A stretch of DNA of 64,000 nucleotides, taken from NCBI GenBank assembly GCA_036172245.1, contig JAYWIR010000030.1, positions 806,001 through 870,000 of the forward strand, written 5' to 3'. A program made the position numbers and the translations under genes. Shown here in pieces: positions 23,501-35,691 of this stretch (positions within the stretch are counted from its first letter, which is position 1; each line of letters opens with the position of its first letter). The notes under the pieces were generated by a model. The model did not search any database. It had not been told where the DNA came from and saw nothing but the letters and a program-made list of their open reading frames with translations. This DNA is from Raillietiella orientalis. Taxonomy: Eukaryota.

Positions 23501-26500
23501 TCCCCAGCAACGATTTGGATTTTTTCCACGAAGCCGGTCGCAAAAAGCGAATCGGACGAACGCACGCAGTTTTGTTCTGGAAGAACGCACTCGGGCTGGT
23601 GAATGGCCGTGTGTGTACTTTGGTGCCCACCGCGTGGTTTTACGGCGAGCGTGCCTTTTATCAGGTAGTGAACGCGAATGCATGCCTTCGCACGGTTTCT
23701 TCGCTTGGCAAGTCTTGATGGCTTCGTCTTGGTGCCGAGCTGTCTTTCGAGGGAACCGGAGAGAGTTGTTCGGTGGTTGTACTCCACCCCTCGTCCAGCC
23801 ATGAGCGAAACCTTGGAGACACTTTCCCAGGAGCCGTTCTGATGGAAATCGGTTTCCATGCACATGTTTCGTGGTCTCTGTCGCTCCCGTAGCACACAGC
23901 GTGGTGGTCCTCATTGGAGCACTCTTGAGCTGGTTGGGTCGCAGTCCAATGGATGTGAATTTGCAGTGGGCGAATCCCGTTGCACGGAAAGCTGTGTGCG
24001 TCAATTCCATCCGTTTCATGTGTGCGATCTCCATCCAGGCTGCAGCGGGTTCTCCATTTGTCTTTCCTTGCAGTCTCGGCATTAATCATCCGGCTGGGAT
24101 GCGAGTTGTGTGGCAATTCGAATGGTGTCTTTCGCTGCTGAGTGCGGTGGAAGGCACCTTTCCACGTGTGGTAGTGGAACGACTGAATCGGGTGGCCGTC
24201 GAAGGCATCACGTCTGCGGACAACTGGTGACCGAATCCAACCGCGTAAGCTCTCTCTGTGCGGGAAAAAAAAAAAAAAAAAAAAAAGGAAAAGCAATGGC
24301 AGACGATACGATTGCACCGACGGTACACCACCGTGCCGCACGAAGAAAGTGCACCAGAAAAAGGCGTCCTCTTGTGAAGCACATAGTTTATTTTGAAAGC
24401 TGATTGATTGCTTTCGAGGCTTTCCCCGGAATGGGGTGTCTCCCGGCCGCCTACGTGTGTGTTTCGCTACACGTCATATCTCCCTTGAGCGTTAAGTAAC
24501 GTGGGTCTGGGGTTTGATGCGCATCGCCCCCAATCCGGAATCGCATTTTGCAATCATTAGTTCGGCGTTGATCATTCATGGTAAGCGCTTCCAGTGCAAC
24601 CGTTTTGAGCCTGCCTCCGTGAAGGGTTGAGATTTCGCGTCTCCTTCTTCTCTTCGGCATTTTCGAGAAGTGTGTAATCACGCGACTGAAGATAAATTGC
24701 AAAAGCAATCCAAAATACCAATGGGATCCGTCTGTAACAAGTCCGAAGAATACTGCTACTTTGTAGAAACCTTGGAGATTTAGAAGATTCAATCGTACAT
24801 TTTTTTTTTTTTTTTTTTTTCGTTGAATTGATTCCTATTGTGCGCAGTGTGGAGAAGAATCCGACTTCATGAACTGGCTATAAATCTCGTTTGCAATTCC
24901 AGTTCAGCTTTATAAAGGCAGAAGCCTTGCGCTTAATTTTTTCCCATATTTTACGTCAAGACTGTAAGACTTGCAGCGTGTCCGATTCTGCCTGCGTCTC
25001 GCCACCTTTTTCCGGTTCCAAGAACCGCGACTTTCTTCCGAACGATGAGACGACCGTTTCTCCTTGTCCGCACCCGTGACCCTAAGCATCCTGAGCTATG
25101 TGTTTGTGCTTTACCTCTGTGCCAGGCGAGTGCACTGCTAAGTGCTGCTGTCCATTGGCGTCTCATTACGTTTAGGATCATTTTGTCAACCTACGGCAAG
25201 GCTTAGCATCTCAACTGTGGCCGCATTGCACTTGGTCGAATTGCTATCCAGAGAGTGGTATTTTTGACCGACCCACTCGCCTCTACCAGCACGTGCTGTT
25301 CAGACGTTATTTTAGCCCTCGGGATACATGGCTGTTGGGCAACCTAGCTTGATTTCTCTCTCTTTCTGTCTTTATGATGCTGTCTCGCAGCGACCGCATC
25401 TCTTTACTGGGGGGGGGGGGGGGGGGACCCTCCAGGTACTCCGTATTCCCCAACGTCCTTGCCCCTTCTTGAATTCTTGGATCATTCGATGACGTCTCAG
25501 GTGTGCTCCGGGTTTCTGTTACATATGTTCGTCCACCATATTGCGAAAGAACGAAGTGAAGCAGCAGCTGCTGCTGCCCTTTCCTCCTACTCGTGGCGCC
25601 CATTTCCCCGTACAAACTTCCGCTTCACTCCCTCACAGAATTCTGTTGTTCATGCTGGATTTGTCGGGCAGGAATGCACGTCGGGTTTCTGCTTCGATGG
25701 TCGCAGGTGCCAGGACGCTGGGCTGCTTCCTGTGTAAAACGATCGAAGTCCGAAACCTTCGCTTTTTAAGACCATCTCAAAACCGGAAACGAAGTGGCAG
25801 CACCCATTACTTCATCTTTGATCGTCAACAACGTTTCCCCGTTTGGGTGTTGGACATTGTGACCAGTCGCAAAAGATTTTCTGATGCGCATAAACAATCG
25901 TTTGCTTCGTCAGGCTCTGCAGTCGGAGTATTTGCAGTATTCTTGGTGCGTGGCTCCTTCGTCAGCCAGGCATATCTTCGTTTGTTTTGCTGAGATGATG
26001 TTTGGTTAGGCATTGAAACTGTTTGCTCTTTCCGGAATGGCCATTGCGCTCCTGAAGAGGGTCAGTGAAGAGATTCTTGAACCGTACGTCCAGCGACCTC
26101 TTCTTGCGGCCATAAACTCCCATTCGAGTCGCAGTCCCGAGCCGTTTCGGATGTGGGTCCAGAGCTGCCTTGGGTACCGTTGGTCCAACCAACATGGAAA
26201 GCACGCGTGGGCCTCCGACCGAAACATGCAAGACGTGTGTCGCGTGTCAAAGCAGCACGGAACTTCCTCGCACTTAGAAGAGGTGGTTTTCAGTGGATCT
26301 CGGAGAAGCTGCAGTGAGTGAACATCTCCGGTTTGATCTCGTTGGGCACAGACGATCTCTTGAACCATCTCCTTCCGTGCGTCCGTGTAGAAACAGCGTG
26401 CAGCGGAGCATCCCATAAGGGGGCGCCGCCGTGCTCGTTTACACATTCTGCGTGCAGAATCCTCCTCTCCCCAAATAGATTCGATCTTCTGTGTTCTTGG

Positions 26501-26900
26501 TGGTCTTGGCAGGGTACTTCCCAACCCTGCCCAACAAATTCACTTCCAATCCGAAAGGCGCCAGGGATGCGGGGGAAAGACATGCTCTGGTAGGCGCGCC
26601 CGACCCAGCAGCTCCTCTTCAGCAGGTGCGATCCCGGGAGCCGTCCGGAAGTCACACGCAGCGAGCGACCGTGCCTCCTCTGCGTCCGGGGGGACGAGGA
26701 AGGGGTGCAGTCTGATGGATTAAGGGAACGCGCGCAAAACCCTCCCAGTCATCCCTGTTCCCCGCCGCCTCTCTTTGCTGTTGACGGGACTTGCGCGTCC
26801 GAGTCAAGGACCAGCCGCACGGGGGAGGGGGTGGTCCCTCGGCCAACTCCCTTGAAAAACCCGGATCTTTTTTCTCGTCCGTCTAAGGGAGGGTGGTGGT
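20600..26900 (+). mobile_element. Patchy old LINE ORF2 remnants
   Basis: RKEGILAIPTIL (EGGL-like, ~20680), DLDFFHEAG...LVNGRV (RT-like, 23510-23620), ISLGTDDLLNHLL...WWSWQG (thumb-like, 26330-26515). Probably several separate insertions. Confidence 0.35.
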
Positions 26901-27799
26901 GGGGGTGGGGGTGCCTGGCGTGATAGAATGTGGCGCAATCGAACGCACGGCAGCCGGACGTTTCGCAGTGGCAGATTGGCAGTTGTCACGCTGCTTTCCC
27001 GGGGTCCACGCGGGCGCCCGGGAGTCGTCCGCCCGAGGAGACTCCTGGCGAAAGGTTGACGCTGTCTTTCCAGCCGCAAATTGGCGTGCCCATCACAGCT
27101 CCAGCCAGACCCCTCTTCCCAATTAAGCCTTCATCTCTCTCCATGAGGAGGAAGAGATGACGGACCGTTCTCCCCTGGGTCGCGGAAGGCGGTGAAGGCG
27201 AAACACGGGCGTTGGCGCGCAGAGCAGCGGCGTCGCAGACGAGCGTTGCATCGTTGCTCCGGTCTGTCGTTTTGTGGGCGCGGGGTGCGACCCAGGGCGA
27301 GCGAGTGGCCTGGGGGTCTCCTCCAGTTGCCGTCGGGGATAAAGCAGTTCCTTGCCACCGCTTACTGCGAGGCGCTCGTGCGCGGGACAAGACAGAGGGG
27401 CCACCCGGTCTACGGCTCCTCTTCCGCAGGGGTGTCGGGTCCTCCCGCCCCTCTCTTCGCAAGCTGAGGAGGAGGTCGGAGGTCCTCAGCGCCGGAAGCA
27501 TCCCACGTTTTTCTTTTTTTTCATGCTGCTGAGGTATCCACGTGTCTCCGTGCGGGGGGAGAGCAGACAGACGCACCCCTTGCGAGCCTGGTGGCCAACG
27601 ACCAAGACTTAGTCGTTGTCTGATAAGTCCGCGACCTGAAGAGGTGCAGCCAGAGCGAGGGGAGGGGAAGGGACAAAAACTGGAGAGAGAGAAAAAAAGA
27701 GGAAAAAAAAAAAAAAAAAAACACGAGAAAACCTGGTCCATCATCATCATCCTGTGCTGTCTCGCTCGCGGGCCCCGGCGGCTGATCTGCATAGCAGGA

Positions 27800-29200
27800 G
27801 GTAGAGGAGGAGAAAGGGAGGACAGCGTGCTGCCTGACCCGATGCGGCGGGATCGCGGCCCAGAGAGGCACGCGGCCTCCTCCCTCGACGCGATGTCGAG
27901 ATTGCGGGCGTGCGCGGGAGATCTCTGGGACGCCCATGGGGCGACGCGCCTCCCACTCCACAGCCAGGACGCGCGCGACCCTTCCTCCCCTGAACATTTC
28001 CCTCAGGAAAAGAGGGGCTGGGTGGGCGCTCCTCGCGTCCTCCGAGACGATCTCGACGTTGCGCGCTTTCCAATCGGCGGTCTGTTGGTGGCGCATGCGC
28101 GTGCGGGACCTCCCTTCCTCGGGAGGGAAGACGCTCCTCCCTCGCCCTCTCCCTTCCCTTCCCCGTCTTTTTCCGGCTTGCAGTTCCGTCACGGCGCGCG
28201 CCAGTAGTCACGGCCAGTGCAGCAACCGTCTCCGCGGTGGCGTGGGCGGGAAGCGTCCGCTGCTGTTTCATAGGGCCGAGAAAAGGCTGCAGGTCGGCGG
28301 AGGGAGCTCTGGAGCTTCCAGCGGAGAGGCCTCCTTCACTCCCACTTCCCACCCACCAGTGGTGCACGGGCGGATGGGCTGCTCGACGACGCTCGAATGG
28401 GGACCGTCCAATCGGGAAGTCCCCTGGCGGCGCGCGAGTGCGCGGTATCTTCTCGGGCCGCCGTGGGCCGTAAAGCGGCGGGAGCAATGGAAAGGGAACG
28501 CTTTCCTCACAGGGAAGTGGTGGGACCTCCCGGAAGGCGCCGTGGAATTCGCTGACTCCTTTCGGGCTTCTCGGGAGGCTTTTCGGGAGACTGCCCAGAG
28601 GTGCCCTCCAGCGCTCGGGAAGGTGGGAGAAGGAAGCTGCCTGCACTGTCTTGCACGCGGGACAGGGACAGCCGCAAGAAGACGAGGGACCGAGGCCGGT
28701 GGGTGGGTTGCGCACTGCGTGGTCGCGCAGGGGGCAGCAGAGGGATGCCTAGGACTGCAGCTTTCGTCCTTCCCTGCCCGTCCTGACTCTCGACTGTCCC
28801 CTCGTAGTCTTCTCTCTTGCCTTTGTCCTGCCGGCGCCCAGGGCGTAGCCGCGCATTGCAAGGACGCCTCCTGGGGCGGCGGCCGCCACCGCTTTTCCCA
28901 CCGGCTGCGTAATCCGACGCCGAAGGTGAAGGCCGGTGGCTGCTGCTTGCTCGGCTCTTTCGGCCTCCCCGGGAGGGGGGGGGGGACCACTGCGGCGGCG
29001 CGGCAGCAGCATTGTCGCCGGCGACGTCGAGTCCGGAGAGGTGGAGGAGCACGAGATGCCGATGCCCTGTACCGCGGTGGAAGGGTGCGTACTGGAAGCC
29101 GCCACGTCATCCGTCCCCCTTCCCCCCTCGCCGCAATTCGGTCGTGCGGATGAGCGTCATCGTGAGCTCCAGGAAGATCCGCGCCTAAGGGGGGGAAGGG
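27800..29200 (+). mobile_element. Possible GC-rich LINE remnant
   Basis: FPQEKRGWVGAPRV resembles the PxExGGLGxP motif; otherwise weak. Confidence 0.25.
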
Positions 29201-30100
29201 GAGGACACGACGGCACACGGCTCGTTTTCCTTCGGTCCAAATGCTTCTTTTCCGTCTCCCACCCGCCAACCTTCTTCCACCCGCGCCTCCACGACCGCTG
29301 CCCGTTCCAGCGACCGCCCTGATCTGGAAAAAGGGAAGGGAAGGACGCCGCGTTCTTCCCGCCTGTTCGTTCTTTTCCTTCCGCTGCGGGCGCCACTTTC
29401 TCGGCCGCGCGGAAGGGAAGAGGGAGGGAGGGAAAGGGCGGTGTCCGGAAGTCCCCTTCTCTCCCACTCCTCCCCCCCTCCCGCGCGGCGTGGTTGGCGC
29501 CTATGTCGTCGTCGCCTCCGCGAGCAACCGATCGCTCTCCGTTTCCTTTTCATCCTTCCTCCGTTTCTCTTCCTCCTTTTTCCCGTTCCCATGGCTGGAA
29601 AGAGGGGGCGGTGGCTTCGCCCGCGTCCTGTCGTTGCGCAACGCGTCGAGGCGCCGCGTGCCTCCCGCGACCTCGAAATTGACGGTTGCGGAGGAAACGC
29701 GGTAACCCGATCTCGCGGGGTCGGAAGAGGAGGAGGGGCGGGCGGGCGGGAGGGAGGGAGGAGGTGCGAGGTCGCGGGAACACATGGCGCGCTTTCGGGT
29801 GCTCCTGGCGTGCTCCCCGCCGGAAATCTCTCCCGGAGGCTCCGCGGCCGCGGTCCGGCGCGCGCGACTCCCCTGATCCCCGGTTCTCCCCTTCCTTGCG
29901 CGCAGAGGTCGCGTCCCGTGCGATGCCCCTCGCACAGCTGTGCACCTCGCACGCGCACGGCTCGCCCGCTCGCGCTGGACCTCTTGGCTCGCCCGCTCGG
30001 CTCGCGGGGGAGAAAAGATGGAGAGAGACGGAGAGAGGAAGGGAAGGAGGAGGAGAGGTCGGGGCTGCTGCAGTCGAGTGGCGTCCGTGGTCGGGGCAGG

Positions 30101-32964
30101 ATGTACGCCTTCGCGCTCCCGCGCAAGTCGGCCTCCTCCTGGAGCCTGTCGCACGTCGTCGACAGCCCCTCCGCGCCCTGCCACTTCCTCCCCAGCCCTT
30201 CGCGCCCTCCCGCCTCCTCCCCCTCGTCCTCGTCGTCGTCGTCCTCGTCGTCGTCGTCGTCGTCGTGCAAGAAGGGTCGACGCCGCCTGCTGTCGTTCGC
30301 CGGCGCCCTCGCTGCGGTGGGGGGAGGGCGCTCCCGCAAGCTGCCTCCGGCGCACGAGGCGTTCGATCCTCCGGAAGACACGTGCTGGGCTCCTCTGTGC
30401 AGAGATTCCCGGCGCAGGGATTCGCTCCCGCTCCCTGGCACGTCGGTGGGGTCACTCCCCGGCCTCTGTCTGCCGGCCGCTGCTCGCGGCAGCAGCATCA
30501 GTAACAGCGCCGCTCAGCCCGCTGCGAGGTTCGCCACCCTTCGGAGGGTGGGGTCCTGGAAGCTGTCTTCCAGCCACAGCGACCTCTCGAGGCTGCAGGC
30601 GGAAAACTCCTCCCCGGAGTCGCTGCAGTCCAAGTGGAGAGCCCTTAAGCAGAGTAAGTCTTTCGAGGTCCGCGCGCGCTGGATGGAGGACGGGGAGGAG
30701 GGGAGAAGGCAACGCCCCCCGCACAGCTCCACAGCCGCCGGCGACTGTGGAGGCGTGCGGTGGCCGCCGCGGGAATCCCCGCTCGTCATGCGCGCTCGTG
30801 TGACTCTCCCGGCGGCCGGATAGCGTCGCCATCGATCGTCCGTCGGGGTAGTGGCGGCACGCCGGCTTGCAGGGCCGGGCGTAGGAGGAGGAGGGAGGGA
30901 TGGTGGAAAGAGGAGGAGGAGGAGGAGGGAAGAGCGCATGTGCACTACCGCGCTGCCGACGCCGACGCCGTGACGTCATCGATCGGGGTACGGAGTGCGC
31001 GCGAGATGGCGTGTTGCGTGTGCGCGCGCCGATGGCGTCGCCGGCGCTTTCCACTCCCCGCTCGAGTGTCCCTGCTGCACCACTGACAGAAAGGAAAAGC
31101 GTCCTCATTTTCTTCTTCTTCACTCGTCGCAGTTGGAGGCGGCGGTGGCAGTGGCGGCTGTTCGTCCGGGAAACGCCCGCAGATCAAGAAGGTGCTGCCT
31201 CCGGTGGTGCCGGAGTCCCATCGCCATTCCATCGGCAGCTGCACCAGCTCCGACTACGAGAGTGTCCGCGGCGGCGGCGGCGGCAACTGCGGCAGTCACC
31301 ATGGATTGGACGGAGTCCCCGCGTCGTCCTTCGGCTGCTTCGGGAAACCAGGTGATCCTTGTTTTCCTTTTCTTCTTCCACCTCCAGGATTGACGCCGGT
31401 GACGAGGAGGAGGAAAGAGAGGAACGGACGTAGCTCGCCGGGCGTCCCGTGAAGTCTCATCCTCCTCCCCCCTTCCTTGTCCCCTGTCGGGAGCCCCCCC
31501 TATATTTTTCACCTCGTGGATTTCGCAGTGTTTTCTACGCGCGTTGCCTCCGCCGCCGCTCTGCCTTTCGCCGCCATCGGGAGGGCGTATCTCGTCTCGC
31601 GCACACCATTGCCGGCCGCGTCACCATCATCCGCCTCCGGGGATGCGCGCACCCTCAAGAAAGGAAAAGAAGAAAGTGTCTCTTTTCTGCCCCACCTCCT
31701 TGTGCTCCCGGGAAGTACCGCTCAGGGAGGAGAAAAGCTTTCCCGGGAGCCAGACGGCAAGGGTGACGCGGGGAAAGAAGAGAGCAGGGGCTTGGTTTCG
31801 TGCATCTGGGTGCGGCGTGTGCCGGGGTCCTCGAGCAAGCGTTCCCATTCATCCCTCCCTCCCGTCGAGCTGTCTGCTGCGGGTCGGGATGACCGGATGT
31901 GGGGTTCCGAGCCGTCCCTTCTCCCCTCACTTTTTACGCGTTCCTGGGGGGAAGGCAACGGGCTCCGAGGAGACGGATGCGATACTCCCGAGCCGTCCCG
32001 CCCTGCGGGGAAGCGACTTTTTTTTTTTTTTTTTATGCCCATGCAGGCATAGCGAAGGCCCATCCCGTCGTCGGACTTCTTGGGTCGTAAGTTCCTTCCC
32101 GAGTGGAGAATGCGCTCCCCCGCAAGAAAAGCACCACAAGGTCCACTCTCTCGTCCCTCGCCCGTGTCCTGTTCCACCTCAGCCGGGTGGTCCACCCGAC
32201 TGCAAATGGCAAAAGGACAAACATATGGGAAAGGGAGTACCTCGCGATCCATGCGTCGGAAATGTGCCGCACGTGTCCGACGGCACGACAGTTTGGCCTT
32301 TCGCTCGCCGGGGGGGGGGGGGGGCAGCCAGCCGCTTCCGGAACATTTCCGGAAGCACACACGCGCATAGGACACAGGGCGAATCTGCGTGATGCTGTGT
32401 GGTGTTCTTTCTGGCATTTCTTCTCTTTGTCCGAGGAGGGGACAGCCTGAAGTTCGCTGCGTGTGCTGCTGCTGCGTCCGCGCATCTGGAACAAAGCAGG
32501 CGAAACGCATACCGAAAACATGGTATGCGTCTAGTCTTGGTGTGACCTCTTAGGAGAATCGTAAGGAAAAATTTCGCTCGTGAGCGTCATCTCGTTTTGC
32601 ACCACGGATACGAATCAGCCAGCAGCCAGAGGAGAGAAGTTTCAGAGACCGCTTGATGACAGCGACCACACGGATTCATACCCACGATATGCCCTCCGAG
32701 AAGGAAAAAAAGCGAGGAGAGGAAAGTGAAGAACGGATCGAGCGATAGCGAAGCATTCGCGGATTCGCATGGGGAAAGAGGAAAAAAAAAAAATGGAATC
32801 AGAGATGCCCAAAGGATGTTTGCCGTCTCCCTGTTGCCATGCCGTCTCGTGCCTGCGAAACGCGGAATGGCAGACAGAAACAAAAGGGTGGAGGACGCAA
32901 TAATGCCGTCGCTTGGAGCAGCATCAGCAGCAGCGGCGGTCTGATGCTGCTGATACTCACATGC

Positions 32965-33003
<39 letters not shown>

Positions 33004-35683
33004 AGAGAGAGAGAGGGAGGGAGGGAGGGAGGGAGTTTTTTTTTTTTTCCTCGCGTAATGAATATTGGTTCGTTTCTCACGATCCTTCAGTGAAAGGGTT
33101 GCAATCCATCCAAGTCGTATCTGCGACCGCAAAAAAAGGGTCTGTGCAGAAGGAAGCGATCTTGAAGGAGAAAAGAGGAAAGGAAGAAAGCCGATGCAAA
33201 TCCCCAAACGAATTTCCGCAGCCGTTCACGTGGGCTGCCCGCCCGCGCGGTTCGGAAGGCGCCCCCGTCGCCGCACAGCTCGGGGGCAGCGTTCTTGCCG
33301 TCGTTGCTCCCGGATGGGGAGTGACCCGCGGAAAACCTTCGGTGGCATCGGATCGCCGGGAGACGTTTGTGCCTGGACCCCCCTCGCCTGTACGCCGGGA
33401 AGCTGCGAGCGAACGTCGAGAGGGGGACGTCATCATCATCATCATCATCATCATCCATCCATCCATCCATCCGGTGTGCCGATGGTGATCGGATCCCAGT
33501 GCTTTCTAAGGAGGAAAAAAAATCCGTAAGAAGACCACTGTTGTCACAAAGAACCGTGCAAAGAACAAGAAAAAAAGAAGAAGAAGAAGAAAAAAAAGGA
33601 AGGCGAAAGCTCCTGATTTGAGAGCAGAAATGGCGAGCAGTGAAAAATGGCGTGCTTATAACTGTTCTTCCTATTTTATGCGGGTCGAAGGTGAAAAGTC
33701 GCCCAGTCTGTGTGTGTGGTTGTGAAGTTCGGTATGTCTTTCGCAAGCACTTTGGAGTAGGCACGGTGCCGTGTGGTCTTTCAACCGCGGGTGATTCATT
33801 GCCTGGATATCTTTGCTGGCAGGCATCGGTCAGCAGACCTCAGAGGCAGCGAGGTGGCGTCCGGACGGATCCGCAATGGAAAGGAGCCGTTCGATCGAGT
33901 GCAGGGAACCTCTTCCCCCCTTCGTGTCGTTCCTTTGTTCGTACAGGTGTTTGCCATTCGGAAGGACTGTGTTCAGCAGTTCAAGACCTCAGAATAGGGA
34001 GACCATCCCGCCGCAGCATTTTAATTAGAAATGCACACCATGCGAAGAAAGGGACTTTAATTATTTTGCTCAGGAGCGCGACGTTGTCGGGCGTGCGTCC
34101 GATCCATACAGAGGAATGCAAAGTGATTCGTAAGTCTTGAAAGGATTCATTGGGCAGAGCTCGGAAACGTGTCGGTGTGTGTGATTTCCCGCACGGTGCG
34201 CGAAAAATGTTCGCGCACCGCCCCCCCCCTCCGTTTCACGTAGCATGGATGCCGTGGCCATCTCCCACGTGAACCTTTCTCCCAGGGAATTTTTTTCTTC
34301 TTATTGTTTTGTAAAGCTTCGCTGCAGTCGTTATTTGTAGAGAGGTTCGACACTTCCCGAATGTGCATTTCAAGTTTTGCATGTGATTTTAGATTTCAAA
34401 GAACCAGAGAGAGTGAGGTACAACTCCTGCACTTTGTCCACGCAGCTGTTCTCTGATCCCGGATTCATGAGTAGATCTCACAACCATCAGTCAAGTTTCT
34501 TGTCCCCAATGGTGAGCAGTTGAAATAATTAGACTCCGGAGACAGGAGATGGCTTACTTAACAGTGGGACTGCCGTGTGCAAACGCATCCTCAAGTGCAT
34601 GCCCATGCTGATGATCAGGGAATCGAACTGTCACAAGTGAATCACTTTTCGTCATGGATTGGTGAACAGCGTCGTTTGCCGCAAAGCCCCTGTTGCGAGA
34701 GTCCTGGGAGTTCTGGTTCCAGTTCTTTAGGATGCCGAAACAGTACTACAAGTTTAGATAGTGGGAGAGGCTCGGCATCCACCAATCCAAATCGTCTGTC
34801 AGGACAGTCATACTCATCAGGATCAAGTCAGGGTTCAGACCGGTCTGAGGATCCAGCAAGCTGTATCTCTTTGGTATCTATTAGCGAGCTGTTGACTCGT
34901 AGGATGCCGGTGAGTGTGGCTCATCTAATAAACCTTCATGAGATATCTATATGGTAGGACCATGAAGTACTCAACCTTTGGCTTACTCACTTACACCTGG
35001 ATTGTTACTATCGCCACTTTTTGAAAGCGGGATATGATATGCCAACCGTGGCTCATATGACTCCTCAGGACTTGGCAGCCATTGGCATTTCTAATCCAAC
35101 ACACAGAAGGATGTTGATGGACGAAATCTCCCGTCTGCATCTCCCTGATGGACTCTCAGACCACATGCCATATGATTTGCGTGACTGGCTGTGTCAGTTG
35201 GGGCTAGAACAATACTATATGCCAATGGTTGGACATGGGTATGTTACCCTAGATGATGTTACCACACTCCAGTGGGAAGACATGGAAGATGTGGGCATTC
35301 TGCTTCTGGGCCACCAGAAAAAGCTTTTAGTGGCCATTCGACGACTGAAGGAAACATTAGCTGGACGCAGAACAATGATTCCACGACCCCAGACAGTGCC
35401 TCTGTTGAAAGTGGAACCAAAGAACCACTGTGATATGCGGACGTTTTTTCCTTCCAAATGTCGTAGTACACTCAAATGGGGAGGGTATGATGAATGTGAC
35501 CGGTCTTCACCCCCACCACCTGCCCCACCCCGTTCCCGTGATGTGACATTGCCCCACCGCCTTCCACGAACTGATGAGCTGCCCTCATTAAATGAAGGAT
35601 CCTCAGATGCTTTGACAGACATTGATAGCATGTTAGATTCCCTGACATCCGAACTAAATGAACTTATTCGTGCTGAGCACTAA
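30101..35683 (+). CDS. ckn: Caskin-family adaptor, paralogue A (short N-terminus, tandem SAM domains, C-terminal tail)
   Basis: Frame-consistent exons 30101-30667, 31183-31351, 34393-34511, 34565-34909, 34958-35683. Motifs: QSKSFE|IKKV..P..PE..RHS, DDQGIELSQ, SPGSSG, SLDSGR, SAM1 AGYDMPTVAHMTPQDLAAIGI, SAM2 WEDMEDVGILLLGHQKKL, tail DIDSMLDSLTSELNELI. The start codon and first exon are least certain. Confidence 0.85.
32966..33034. repeat. Compound (TG)n(GA)n(GGGA)n microsatellite
   Basis: Read directly. Similar tracts at 3711-3731 (CA), 15190-15216 (GA), 40920-40960 (TG), 45716-45769 (CT/GT), plus many homopolymer runs. Confidence 0.95.
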
Positions 35684-35691
35684 TAAACACA

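Noticed and set aside
27521..30498. Long ORFs on both strands
   Set aside because: GC shadow ORFs; only the frame from 30101 has a motif and splice partner.
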